The notes: a model not told the origin generated them from the sequence alone. A stretch of 64,000 nt of DNA from Squalus acanthias (GCA_030390025.1 CM059432.1:147438001-147502000), one strand, 5' to 3'; shown: positions 24,870 through 37,423, counted from the stretch's first letter. Translations and numbers: made by a program.

Positions 24870-27050
24870 GGGGGAAAAATTCAGTTGGTTGCGCCTCCCG
24901 TTAGCGCCTTAAGACCAGTGTTGTCCCCAGGAAATGAATCCAATGCTGAAAAAAGTTTAATGACCTCACAAGGCTGGTCAAGGTGAGTGAAGGCTTCAGC
25001 AAATTCCAGATCCCACCATCTGCACCACTAGCCTCACACACTGCTCAATGCACCACACCCCCATCACTCACCTACCAACAATCTCCAGCAATCACTACGC
25101 ATACCTCACAATCATGGCTTCACTTCACCCTTACACACTTACCATTGCTTCAACACTCAAACCAACAACTCACACTTTGCACACACACACTGACAGCTAT
25201 TCAACTATGGCAGGCACATCACCCAAACACATTGCACGACACTTACTGACAAACTTCACTTTCTCTTGCAGGCAAAGGTGGCACAGAACCGTAGAGAGCA
25301 ACAACAGATGGGAGGCGGCCAAGCCTGGATTCACACTCTGAAGGACCTCAAGGAATCTGTGTTTCAAATTATTGGAGGGGCAGTCACAAAGTCCGTGGTG
25401 AGCAGAGAAGTTTAAACCATTGCTCATGATGACGGTATGGTCATACCTAATCCTTCTTCTGACATCCCACTTCCCTCTCATCCCATAATCTCTTCCCACT
25501 TACAAGCTGCTGATGGTGTAGTCATGGATCTCTTGCTTCCCCCCTCCGCTCACCACAACCCGACCCTTGTGCCTTTCTGCTTTCAGATACCCAAGAAGTG
25601 CCACCAGCACAGCCTGTCCCTCAACATCTTGAACAAACTGATGGAAGAGAAGTAGAAGAAGAAGAGACACCGGCACTGTATCTGACACTTGCAGATACCC
25701 GCTCAGAAAATGGCACTGCGTGGACTTTAGAGAGTAGTAAAGAGGTGGGATCGGCACGCGGTGAGTCACTGGGCATGAGTGGGCTGCAGCCAGGCCAGGG
25801 GGAAAGGGTAGCTCAGGTGCCAGATCCCATAAGGGCAAGTTCATGCATGAGTTCTGCTCCACAAGACTTAGATGATGACCTCGATGGGGCGGACTTCACA
25901 AGAATGGTGATGGGCATGCACAGGGAAATGCTAGGCGCAATGGCAAGCCTGGCAGTGAGCCTCTTGTCAGTGTCAAGGAGCACGGAGGAGTCCGGCTCCA
26001 ACATTGTACGGTGCTTGGAGCCCGTGATTTCCAGGATGGAAATGCTGGACAACTCCAGGAGAGACCTTGTTGACCCACAGATGATGCTGGGTGTGATGGG
26101 CGATGTCGCGGCTTCCATTGCAGCACAGGTGGAAGCGACCCAACGTCTCAGTGCTGCAGTGGAAGCTCAGACTGCTGCCATCGTCACTGGGTTTACGAGT
26201 CTCGAAAGAGGCATTCAGGGTATCGCAGCAGGCCAGCAATCTGTCCTCCAACAGATTACTAGGAATGCTGAGGCACCGCCCCGGGGGAGTGACAGTAGCT
26301 CTGTGGAGCAAGAAACTGCTTTCATCTCACAGGATGACAGTATTCATACTCCTACCACTGCCTCTCCGCCACTGCCCTTGTCGCTGCCTGTCAGCCAGCC
26401 AGTGCAGACAGCTGCCGCCCAGGCTGAGGTGGTGCAGTCTACATCCGGGCCTTCTAGGTCCACAGCTGGTCGAGGTCATCCTGGGAGGCCGTCTGAAGTC
26501 TCCCGCACGGACACTCAGCAGCCTTCAACCAGCCATGCTGCAGCCACTGGGGTAGCACTGCGTAGGAGCACTAGGACAGGCAAAGGCACACGAAAAACTT
26601 ACACTAAGGGAACGCGCAAGGATGAATAGTTGGTATTGTCATTTTGATTTGTATTTGATAAGTTAATGAATTGTGTTTTGTGCTGGCTCTCATTTCAGCT
26701 TTGTGCCCAGGAGGACGCTGTGATGTTTCGTGACAGAGGGATGGTGTGATGGGGAAGATGCGAGCAACGGAGATCTGGGGTTTCATTCACTGGAATCGGA
26801 GTCTGATGAGGCGCTCCAAACAGTTGCAGAAACTTAGACAGAGCCAGTAGAATTGTAAAGGCCAGTCAGCTGCAAGTTGTTGGTGTTCCTTTAAATAGCG
26901 CTGCTGGGTCTCATTCCTGCTGCTGAACACTTGGTCAGCTGGTCGTGATTAGGAGAGGCCGATAAATGGAGCAGCGATGTCCAAAATGCCAGATCATGCG
27001 TCAAATCAGCGTCGTGCACTCATTGACGTCACGATCTGCCTAATCTAAAT
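24870..27050 (+). mobile_element. Internally deleted Harbinger element: family A TIR, Myb gene and the tip of the transposase
   Basis: GGGGGAAAAATTCAGTTGG after TTA; Myb exons follow; minus strand 26816-26787 reads ERLIRLRFQ*, like a transposase C-terminus. Confidence 0.8.
24914..26629 (+). pseudogene. Harbinger Myb/SANT gene: partial exon 1 to 24982, exon 2 25272-25434, exon 3 25587-26629
   Basis: IQC*KKFNDLTRLVK|GT; AG|AKVAQNRREQQQMGGG with a stop at 25413; exon 3 is in frame with the open 343-aa ORF; splice sites are canonical GT-AG. Confidence 0.88.
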
Positions 27051-27054
27051 ATGC

Positions 27055-27342
27055 GGACAAATGTGAGAAGTCGCACAACACCAGGTTATAGTCCAACAGC
27101 TTTATTTGAAATCACAAGCTTTCGGAGCGCTGCTCCTTCGTCAGGTGAAGTGAAGAGATGCATATAGGCACAGCATATATAGTCAGAGAACACTGCCAGA
27201 TGATTACAGTTAATCTTTACAACTGCCCTTTATCACACCTCGGCAGAGAGATAATCACGGCAATCAAAGGTGTGGATGGTGTCCAAACAGGTCAGTCAGG
27301 AAAACATTACATCAAAGACAATGAGGTGGGGTCACAAGGGGT
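27055..27342 (-). mobile_element. Penelope family A pLTR, single arm
   Basis: Collinear with 16208-16480. Confidence 0.9.
27112..27148 (-). ncRNA. Minimal hammerhead ribozyme motif (PLE family A)
   Basis: Minus strand reads TCAC-CTGACGA-A-GGAGC(AGC)GCTCC-GAAA-GC-TT-GTGA; stem II is fully Watson-Crick. Confidence 0.85.
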
Positions 27343-27526
27343 CAAATGTGGCAGATGCTGGGGTCTGTATGGAAAACAAAAAACTTTTTTTGCTGGAAAT
27401 CACAGCAGGACCTGCAGTAAAACACACGCTCTCTGTGCCAGCAACAGTCGGTATAGATTTTTCACTGATCCACGATAATTATCATCTGAATTGCAAATAA
27501 AATCCTAATGACAAACTTAAGCATTT

Positions 27527-27711
27527 TCATTGAGTATATTCAAGACAGAGATCGATAGATTTTTGGGAACTGAGGGAATCGAGGGATATGGGGATAGTGC
27601 GGGAAGGTGGAGTTGAGTTGAAGATCAGCCATGATCTCATTGAATGGCGGAGCAGGCTCGAAGGGCTGAATGGCCGACTCCTGCTCCTATTTCTTATGTT
27701 CTTATGTTCTT
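27527..27711 (+). mobile_element. CR1 3' stub
   Basis: CR1 3' UTR with a (TTCTTATG)n tail. Confidence 0.9.
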
Positions 27712-29389
27712 AAAAGGGTTGCAAAGTTACAAGTGTTCTATCAAGGAATATGACTGTTTTTAAGGGCCGTCAAAGTACAACAGACCCAGTCATGACGTGA
27801 AGAAACTGTAGGTTTCCATAGCAATATTAGTTCCTTTTTTTCTTCTAGCCTCTCATTGTTCATGTATCTTTTGTTCTGTCCCTGGTTGAAAATACATATT
27901 GGTTTCTTTCTATTCAGTGACAATTAGCAGCTGAATGCTCACCCCACACTCTGCCATGTGCAGGGGTGTTTATGAATTCATCAGAGCTGTGAATTAATTT
28001 GAGTGCTCCTGAATATGGAATAAGTTAACACAAGAGGCTGCCGTCTCTATCTCAGCACTTCGAGACGAAAGTAGCTATTCAACCTGAAAAGCAAATTGAA
28101 TGCTGATTTCGTGCTCTGGGAGATATGTGCCAATGGGCTGCGTGTACAATTCATTAAGCAATTCTGGGCTCTAGCACACAATGTCCTAATTCAATATGCG
28201 ATCTGTGCAATTGAAAGCATTTCTTTGTGTGTGACATTGATTGGAAGGCACAATGGGCTCCTATTGTACTTTCCCACCTTGCGCTGGATATGAAGCCTGC
28301 CCAGATTCGTAAATGTAAATTTGACTCTCTCTGGCGGCTGAAAGGGTTCTAAATGAAATAAGTTCAGGCCGCCTCAGTCCAATTGCCACAGAACTGCCAA
28401 TTAACTCATGAATATTTGGCAGTCCCACTCAAGACACTTTCACATTGCAGGAATGCAGCCCATGGAGGGAGACTCCATAATCTAGGAACAGAGGAATTGC
28501 TGGAAGTAAAATGACCCAGGTCTATCTAGTTCGCCTTCTACCATCCTGGTAGATACATGATGCAACTATAATGGAATTGTTGACTAACCATAGCAATCAG
28601 TCTCTGTCAATTAGTCTACAACAGACCCAGACACGAGGTGAATCAAAGCCCCAGTGGTGGACCAGCACTCCAAATAAAGACAGCAGGTTTGATTTGGAGG
28701 TTTGGGTGCGATGGACCGGCAGAGCATGCTGGCGAGTTGTCCATACTGCCGGTGAAAAGGAGGCCATAATTTTGAGGCCCCAGCCTCATTTGAACGGGCA
28801 GCTCCGTGCTCTTCAGTCTCAGGAACTTCGGCCGGCTGGGACACCGGCAGAGACCCATGGGCAGGTCCCCGAGGGGGTCGGGGGGGGGGGGGGGTGGGTG
28901 GCGTGATGGCCGAACGGGTCGAGGCCGAGCCAGCAGCGACCCATGGATAGGGTCTTGTTAGGGGGCAGGGCGATGCCGAGAAGTGGTGAGGCCGAGGTGA
29001 CAGAGACCCACGGATTGGTCCCCGGGAGGGGGACGTGATGGCGAGAAGGTTGGAAGCCGAGCCGGCAGAGACTCACAGGTAGGGCCTTATTGGGGGCAGA
29101 GCGATGGCGAGAAGGGGTGAGGCCAAGCCGGCAGAGACCCGCAGTACTTTTGTGGAGCCAGGAGGAACACTCCTGCTACTTTCGGCTCCGCAAAAAAATA
29201 ATTGATTAAAATATTTCTGGCGTTTTCTAATTGGAACACCAGTACACATGGACGGAGTGTTCGCTTTGCAAGCTTTGCCCACTTGCCCTTTAAAATTACA
29301 ATCGGGTCCTAACTACATCAACAGGACCCGATTTAGATGGGAAAGACGGCGACTGATTGTTTCAGACAGGTGCTTCAGTCGCCTAGAGG

Positions 29390-29593
29390 TAAGGAGCAGT
29401 GGGCCGATGGTCGGGGTTAGCGGTGTAAGGCTACTGACCCCATTAGTAGGCCCCCTGTGTAAGGAGCAGTGGGCCAATGGTCGGGGTTAGCGGTGTAAGG
29501 CTACTGACCCCATTAGTAGGCCCCCTGTGTAAGGAGCAGTGGGCCAATGGTCGGGGTTAGCGGTGTAAGGCTACTGACCCCATTAGTAGGCCC
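29390..29593. repeat. 70-bp tandem repeat, about 2.9 near-identical copies
   Basis: TAAGGAGCAGTGGGCC...ATTAGTAGGCCCCCTGTG starts at 29390, 29460 and 29530, inside a GC-rich Harbinger-like element (~28740-29640). Confidence 0.95.
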
Positions 29594-30127
29594 TTTGCCG
29601 CCCCATTAATGCTGATTTTCCAAAGTGATCGTTAGGCCGCTGTAAATGTTGGTCTTGGAATGTACCACTGGTTACAGAGCTGGCCTCAGTAAATAGACAT
29701 GGAGCCTGTTCATTAAACAACTGGGCCTTTGCTTTACACACAAGGATACCCAGCACCAACCAAGAAGTAAAAGGGCGGGAATGGCGCCATTTGCAGGCCA
29801 ATGTAGAAAACTAGCAAAAGCTGAGTAACAGTTTCATAAAAGCTGTCATAGTTCTCAAAAAGCTGGTAACTCAAAACAAGATTGAATATAAAACTCTGGC
29901 ATGCGGGTTTTTTTATATCTGTTCTCATGATTTGGTCCGTTACTGACAAGACCACATTTTTTGCCCATTCCTAATTGTACTGAGAAGGTCTTCTCCTTAA
30001 ACTGCTGCATGCTGCTCCCACGAAGATTGTAGGTAGGGAGTTCCAAGACTTTGACCTAGTGATGATGAAGAAATGGCGATATATATATCCCTGTCAGGAT
30101 GGTGTGTGACATGGTGGGAACCTCGGA

Positions 30128-30488
30128 GATTCGCTCTATCTCCCTATCTCTGTAACCTACACCAGTCCTATAACCCTCCGCGATCTCTGTGCTGCTCCAA
30201 TTCTGGCCTCTTGGGCACCCTCGATTGTCACCGCTCCACCATTGGTGACCATGACTTCAGCCACCTGGGCCCTAGGCTCTGGAATTCACTTCTCAAACCT
30301 CTCCACCTCTCTACCTTTCTTTAAGACGCTTCTTAAAACCTACCTCTTTGACAAAGCTTTTGGTCACTTATTCTAATATCTCCTTATGTGGCCCAATGTC
30401 AAATTTTGTTTCATAATTGCTCCTGTGAAGCACCTTGGGACATGTTACTACATAAAAGGCGCTATATAAATACAAGCTGTTGTTGTTG
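30128..30488 (+). mobile_element. L2-type LINE 3' end nested in an old CR1/Jockey-group LINE (~29955-31180)
   Basis: PYLCNL..YNPPRSL...FSHLGPRLWNSL; tail AAAGGCGCTATATAAATACAAG(CTG/TTG)n. Confidence 0.8.
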
Positions 30489-30519
30489 AGGTGATGGTTT
30501 TAACATAACATTACATGGG

Positions 30520-30960
30520 AACATAAGAACATAAGAAGTAGGAGCAGGAGTAGGCCATACAGCCTCTTGAGCCTGTTCCGCCATTCAGTAAGATCATGGC
30601 TGATCATCGACCTCAACTCCACTTTCCAGCCCGAGCCCCAGATCCCTTGATTCCCCTAGAATCCAAAAATCTATCTATCTCAGCCTTGAATATACTCAAC
30701 GACTGAGCATCCACAGCCCTCTGGGGCAGAGAATTCCAAAGACTCATAATCTTCTGAGTGAAGAAATTCCTCCTCATCTCAGTCTTAACCTCTTACCCTG
30801 AGACTATGCCCCCTAGTTCTAGACTCTCCAGCCAGGGGAAACAACCTCTCAGCATCTACTCTGTCAATCCCCCTCAGAATCTTCTATGTTTCAATGAGAT
30901 CACCTCTCATTCTTCTAAACTCCAGAGAGTATAGGCCCAATCTACTCAATCTCTCCTCAT
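30520..30960 (-). mobile_element. CR1 3' end
   Basis: (AACATAAG)n tail and ORF2 C-terminal sequence. Confidence 0.9.
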
Positions 30961-31635
30961 ACTGCTGCTCTTGTTCTTCTCAGTGAGAAGAGCGGTCCTG
31001 TCAAAGTAACCTTGACAAGTTGCTGCAATGCCTCCTGTAGATTGTACATACTGCAGCCACAGTACACCAGTAGTTGAGGGGGTGGATATTGAGTTAAATG
31101 GCAGCGGCACCAACTGGATTGCGCTCTCCTGGATGGTGTCGAGCCTCTTGAGTGTTGTTGTAGCTACATCCAGCCAGGTATGTGATGATTAACTTGACCC
31201 CTGAGTAATTACATTGAGAGAGAAGTGGAACTTTAACTTAAGATGCACGGAGTCCCAACATCTTTTACACGTACTGCAGGAAAATAAAACAAGTACAAGT
31301 GTTCAGGAACAAGATTGATTTGCTTGCAAGTTCTGGAAGAAGATCTCACCAGAAAATTCAGATTTTTGACACTTCATTTGTTGCATTTTGGATTTTACAA
31401 TGAGCAGAGACATTATGGCCTAAAAATTGGATAAGGCACAAAAAATGGGCCGGGGCCCCGCCCAGCGCTATTTGCCTGTGCCTCTTCTAAGTGGTGCAGG
31501 CAACACACGAAATGTGTGCTGCCTGCTCATTAAAGTGATCGCAGCGCTGATCTCAGCGCTAATGTGCTGCCGATTGGCTTAGCGCTGAATAGAGGGGCCA
31601 ATATCGGGTGCAGTCTAATGACCAGTAAAGGAGGT

Positions 31636-32149
31636 TCTTGCCATGGAAGGAGTTCAGCGAAGATTCACAAGGCTGATACCTGGGATGGCAGGAATGACAT
31701 ATGAGGAGAGATTGGGTTGATTGGGCTTATACTCGCTGGAGTATAGAAGAATGAGAGGGGATCTCATCGAAACATATAAAATTCTGACAGGTCTGGACAA
31801 ACTAGATGCAGGAAGAATGTTCCCGATGGTCGGAGAGTCCAGAACCAGGGGTCACAGTCTAAGGATAAGGGGTAAGCCATTTAGGACAGAAATGAGGAAG
31901 AATTTCTTCACCCAGAGAGTGGTGAACCTGTGGAATTCTCTACCACAGAAGGTAGTTGAGGCCAAGTCATTAAATATATTCAAGAATGAGTTAGATATAT
32001 TTCTTAAAGCTAAAGGTATCAAGGGATATGGGGAGAAGGCAGGTACAGGGAACTGAGTTTGGATGATCAGCCATGATCTCATCGAATGGCGGAGCAGGCT
32101 CGAGGGGCCGAATGGCCTACTCCAGCTCCTATCTTCTATGTTTCTATGT
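31636..32149 (+). mobile_element. CR1 3' end inserted in a Harbinger left arm (arm starts ~31417)
   Basis: ORF 31721..32056; (TTTCTATG)n tail. Confidence 0.95.
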
Positions 32150-32231
32150 AAAGTTTGGCCTAGACTCTCTGCACTACTTAAAGGGGAGGTGCTTTGTTTC
32201 AGAAGCATCTCATTGTCAGTCTGGAGAGACA

Positions 32232-33873
32232 ATGGCCCAACAGCCAAGAGAGAGAGACCCAGACATTTTTCCAATGGAGGCCTTGGCCCTGGGGGGGTCC
32301 AACCAAAGTGGGCTGTCCTTTTGCCCGCAGGGAGGCCAGAGGCCATCTAAGCTCATCGCCAGAAGGATTTGGGAAGGGATTGCACAATCTGTCACGGCCA
32401 CCAGTGTTGTCCCAAGGACATGGATCCAGTGTTGCAAAAAGTTTAATGACCTCACACGGCTGGTCAAAGTGAGTGAAGGCTTCAGCAAATGCCATATCCC
32501 ACCATCTGCACCACAAACCTCACACACTGCTCAATCCACCACACCCCCAGCACTCACCAACCAACAATCTCTACCTAGCAACACTCAGACCTCACAGTCA
32601 TGGCTTAACTTCACCCTCACAACCTTACCACTGCTACAACACTCACACCCACATCTCACTCCTTTTTTATATTTGTTCCTGGGATGTGGGCATCGCTAGC
32701 AAGGCCAGCATTTATTACTCATCCCTAATTGCTCGAGAAGGTGGTGATGAACCGCCTTCTTGAACCGCTGCAGTCCGTGTGGTGAAGGTGCTCCCACAGT
32801 GCTGTTAGGGAGGGAGTTCCAGGATTTTGACCCAGCGACGATGAAGGATCAGCGATATATTTCCAAGTCAGGATGGTGTGTACGTAACTTGGAGGGGAAC
32901 ATAAGGTGATGGTGTTCCTATATGCCTGCTGCCCTTGTCCTTCTAGGTGGTAGAAGTCGAGGGTTTGGGAGGTGCTGTCCTTGGTGAGTTGCTGCAGTGC
33001 ATCTTGTAGATGGCACACACTGCAGCCACGGTGCGTCGGTGCTGGAGGGAGTGAATGTTTAAGGTGGGTTGCACACACTGACAGCTATTCAATCATGACA
33101 GGCACATAACCCAAACACAATGCACCACACTCACTGACACACAATGATTGCAGCTCACAGCCTTTCTCTTGCAGGCAAAGGTGGCACACAACAGATGTGA
33201 GCAACAACAGATGGGAGGCGGCCAAGTCAGGATTGAGACCCTGACTGGCCTCGAGTAATCCGTCTTTGAAATTACTGGAGGGGCAGTGACGGAGTCCATG
33301 GCCACGGGAGAAGTTGAAACCATCGCTGATGATGACGGTGTGGTCATTCCTAATCCGTCTTCTCACATCCCACTTCCCCCTCATCCCACAATCTCTTTTC
33401 ACTTACAAGCTGCTGATGGTGTAGTCATGGATACCTTGCTTTTCCCCTCCTCCCCTCACCACAACCCGACCCTTGTGCTTTTCTGCTTTCAGATACCCAA
33501 GAAGTGCCACCAGCACAGCCTGTCCCTCAATATCTTGAACAAACTGATGGAGGAGAAGTAGAAGAGACACTGGCACTGCATCTGACTCTCGCAGATACTC
33601 GCTCAGAAAATGGCACTGCGCGGAATGTAGAGGGTAGTATAGAGGCAGAGATCTGCATGCGGTGAGTCACCGGGCATGAGTGGGCTGCAGCCGGGCCAGG
33701 GGGAATGGGTAGCTCGGGTGCCAGCTCGGGTGCCAGCTCCCCGAAGGGCAAGTTCGTGCACGAGTTCTGCTCCACAGGAATCAAATGATGACCTCGATGG
33801 GGCGGCCTTCAGAAGAAGGGTGATGGGCAAGCACATGGAAATGCTGGGTGCAATGGGAAACCTGCCAGAGCCT
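32232..33873 (+). pseudogene. Harbinger Myb/SANT gene: exon 1 32232-32468, exon 2 33175-33337, exon 3 from 33493 (truncated)
   Basis: MAQQPRER...IWEGIAQSVTATSVVPRTWIQCCKKFNDLTRLVK|GTGAGT; closely similar to 24914-25950. Confidence 0.88.
32660..33068 (-). mobile_element. CR1/Jockey-group LINE 3' end inside Myb intron 1
   Basis: Same family as 8915-9232; absent from the paralogous intron 24983-25271. Confidence 0.88.
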
Positions 33874-33877
33874 CTTG

Positions 33878-35550
33878 GAATCATCAAATGGTTACAGCAT
33901 AGAAGGAGGCCATTTGGCCCATCGAGCCCGTGCTGGCTCTCTGCAAGAGCACTTCAGCTAGTCCCACACACCTGCCCATTGCCCGTAGCCCTGCAAAAAA
34001 TTTCCATCAGGTCCTTATCCAATTCCCTTTGAAAGCCACGATTGAGTCTGCCTCCACCACCCTTTCAGGCAGTGCATTCCAGATCCTAACCACTCGCTGC
34101 GTAAAAAAGTTTTTCCTCATGTCGCCTTTGGTTCTTTTGCCAATCACCTTAAATCTGTGTCCTCTGGTTCTCAACCCTTCCACCAATGGGAACAGTTTCT
34201 CTCTATCTACTCTGTCTAGACCCATCATGATTTTGAACACCTCGATCAGGTCTCCTCTCAACCTTCTCTGCTCCAAGGAGATCAACCCCAGCTTCTCCAG
34301 TCTCTCCACGTAACTGAAGTTCCTCATCCCTGGAACCATTCTCATAAATCTTTTCTGCACCCTCTCTAAGGCCTTCACATCCTTCCTAAAGTGCAGTGCT
34401 CAGAATTGGACACAATACTCCAGTTGAGGCCGAACCAGTGTTTTATAAAGGTTCATCATAACCTCCTTGCTTTTGTACTCTATGCTGCTATTTATGAAGC
34501 CCAGGATCCCATCTGCTTTTATAACCACTTTCTCAACCTGCCCTGCCACCTTCAACGATTTGTGCACATATACCCCCAGGTCTCTCTGTTCATGCACCTG
34601 CTTTAGTACTGTACCCTTTAGTTTATATTGCCTCTCCTCGTTCTGCTTACCTTAATGTATCACTTCGCCCTTTTCTGCGTTAAATTTAATCTGCCACATG
34701 TCTGCCCATTTCACCAACCTGTCTATGTCTTCTTGAAGTCTATCACTATCCTCCCCACTGTTCACTATACTTCCAATTTATGTATCATCTGCAAAATTTG
34801 AAATTGTGCCCTGTACACCCAAATCCAAGTCATTAATATATATCAAGAAAAGCAGTGGTCCTAGTACCAACCCCTGGGGAACACCACTGCGTACCTTACT
34901 CCAGTCTGAAAAACAACCGTTCACCACTACTCTCTGTTTCCTGTCACTTAGCCAATTTCGTATCCATGCTGTCACTGTCCCTTTTATTCCATGGGCTTCA
35001 ACTTTGCTGGCTAGCCTATTATGTGGCACTTTATCAAACGCCTTTTGGAAATCCATGTACACTACATCAACCACATTGCCCTCATCAACCCTCTCTGTTA
35101 CCTCATCAAACAACTCAATCAAGTTAGTTAAACATGATTTGCCTTTAACAAATCCGTGCTGGCTTTCCTTAATTAATGCACACTTGTCCAAGTGACTGTT
35201 AATTTTGTCCCTAATTATGTCCCTGATTATTGTTTCTAAAAGCTTCCCCACTACTGAGGTTAAGCTGACTGGCCTGTAGTTGCTGAGTTTATCCTTACAC
35301 CCTTTTTTGAACAAGGGTGTAACATTTGCAATTCTCCAGTCCTCTGGCATCACTCCTGTATCTAAGGATGATTGGAAGATTATGGCCAGTACCTCCGTGA
35401 TTTCCACCTTAGCTTCCCTCAGCATCCTAGGAAGCATCCCATCCAGTCCTGGTGACTTATCAACTTTAAGTACAGCCAGCCTTTCTAGTACCTCCTCCTT
35501 ATCAATTTTTATCCCATCCAATATCTCCATTACCTCCTCTTTTGCTATGA
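33878..35550 (-). mobile_element. CR1 ORF2 reverse-transcriptase region and 3' end
   Basis: [60 protein letters not shown]. Confidence 0.97.
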
Positions 35551-35554
35551 TTGA

Positions 35555-37120
35555 AGCCGCCATTTTATCTGGCATTCCTCTGTCTGCTATTTTAGCGGAA
35601 CCATTTAAGATATACCTGCTACAGCCTGCTTTAAATCAACAGCCAGAGGAATGTGTTAACCCTTCGACTGCTGGTATCACCGACTGTCATTTCCAGACTG
35701 CTGCCTCTGACACACCCTTTATATTTTCAATTAAGTCAAATAAAGGTTCAACATGCCACATGTAAGAGCATAAGATAACTACTATTTTACTGAAAATTAA
35801 AAACACGGGCAAAAATCAAATTTACACGTGCCTGCCTTTTTTAAGGGGCACAATTACAGTAATAAAGGAACATAAACAATTAAATAAGCCACTAATGAGG
35901 TTTATAAACCAACTATCAATCTATATTGTTCTTTATTTGAAAAAAATAGCTACTCATGATTTTTATACCGTATCCCTTGATTTTTAAAAGTTTGTCTCTT
36001 GATTTATTAATAAAGATTTAAACTAATTAAATAAATAAAACAAGGTTAGACTAAGATATGGCAGGCTGTGTGTCTGGACTGCAGTATGTGGGAGTTTGTG
36101 GACAGCGAGACTGTCCCGAGCGAACACGTCTGCAGGAGATGTCTCCATCTCGAATCTCTCCGGCTCAACGTCATTGAGCTGGAGTACGAGTTGGAGACAC
36201 TCCGACACATAAGGGAGGGGGAAGAGTATCTGGACAGTTTGTTCCAGACTTCGGTCACACCTCGTAGAGAGGTGCAGGTTCAGAATGGGGTTGGTGTGAC
36301 CGATAGTAGGCAGAGTAAGAGGAACCCAGGTAAGAAAGGGAACGATGATCCACAGAAACTGATCCTATTCAACAGGGACAATGTACTTGCTACCTGTGAG
36401 GATGAGGATAAAGACTGTCAGAAGGACAGCCAGAATGTGGACCATGGCACTTGGAGCAGGAGGCTGTCCTAAGGGGGGAGAAGGAGGCGAGGAAGCGTAA
36501 TCTGGTAGTTGTAGGGGATTCTATAATTCAGGGGGACAGAGAGCATCCTTTGTAAGCAAGATCGAGAGTCCCACATGGTATGTTACCTACCTAGTGCCAG
36601 GGTGATGGACATCTCGAACCAGCTTGAAAGGATATTGGAGAGGGAGGGGTAGGATCCAGTCAGTTGTGGTCCATGTTGGGACCAACAACATAGGGACAAG
36701 TAGGCAAAAGGTCCTGTTTGGGGAGTACCAGGAACTAGGAGCTAAATTAAAGAACAGGACCTCAAGGGTTATAATCTCTGGGTTATTACCTGAACCACGT
36801 GCAAATTGGCGTAGGGATAAGCTGATTAGGGAAGTTGACACATGGCTAAAGGAGTGGTGTGGGAAAGAGGGTTTTCATTTCATGGGGCACTGGCACCAGT
36901 ATTGGGACAGGAAGGAACTGTACCGTTGGGACGGGCACCACCTGAACTGGTCTGGGACCAGGGTCCTAGCGGAAAGGATAAATAGGGCGGTCACAAGGGC
37001 TTTAAACAAGTAACTGGGGGGGTGGGCGGTGCTCAGGTGGAAATTGTAGTAAAAATAGTCATTCAAAAACAGACCAAACAGAGGAGAGCAGAGCAACAGT
37101 CAGAAATTGTGTTTTAGACA
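35555..37120 (+). mobile_element. CR1 5' UTR and ORF1 (CxxC..CxxC zinc finger/leucine zipper plus SGNH esterase), disrupted
   Basis: CLDCSMWEF...HVCRRC..LESLRLNVIELEYELETL; VVVGDSII; VVVHVGTNN; WDGHHLN. Frameshifts and stops. Confidence 0.9.
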
Positions 37121-37125
37121 CTACA

Positions 37126-37423
37126 GGCTAGAAATTGGGTACCTTAGTGCCTCCCATTAGCGCCTCTGGGGGGCGCTAACGGGACACAAATGACTTTTCA
37201 CCCGGGTGCAACGCCGCTAATGACTCCCACTAAATTCAGCGGGAGTTTAGCGGTGGCGGTAACCGGTAGCGCCCCGCACCGCCGCACAGGCGATGATGAC
37301 ATCATCATCATGCGCAGCGCCCTGTTTTCGCCCCGCCTGCAGAATTGGCAGGAACAGAGCGGCAGGAGGCTTGCGGGGTGCTAACTAAAGGGGAGGTGGG
37401 GGGCGGGGGGAAAAATATCGGCC
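37126..37423. mobile_element. Harbinger-like MITE of about 300 bp
   Basis: Ends GGCTAGAAATT and AAAATATCGGCC; TAGCGCC/GGCGCTA motifs shared with family A. Confidence 0.65.

Noticed and set aside
25598..26629. 343-aa ORF as a novel host gene
   Set aside because: It is the last exon of a Harbinger Myb gene with stops in the upstream exons and a paralogue in this window.
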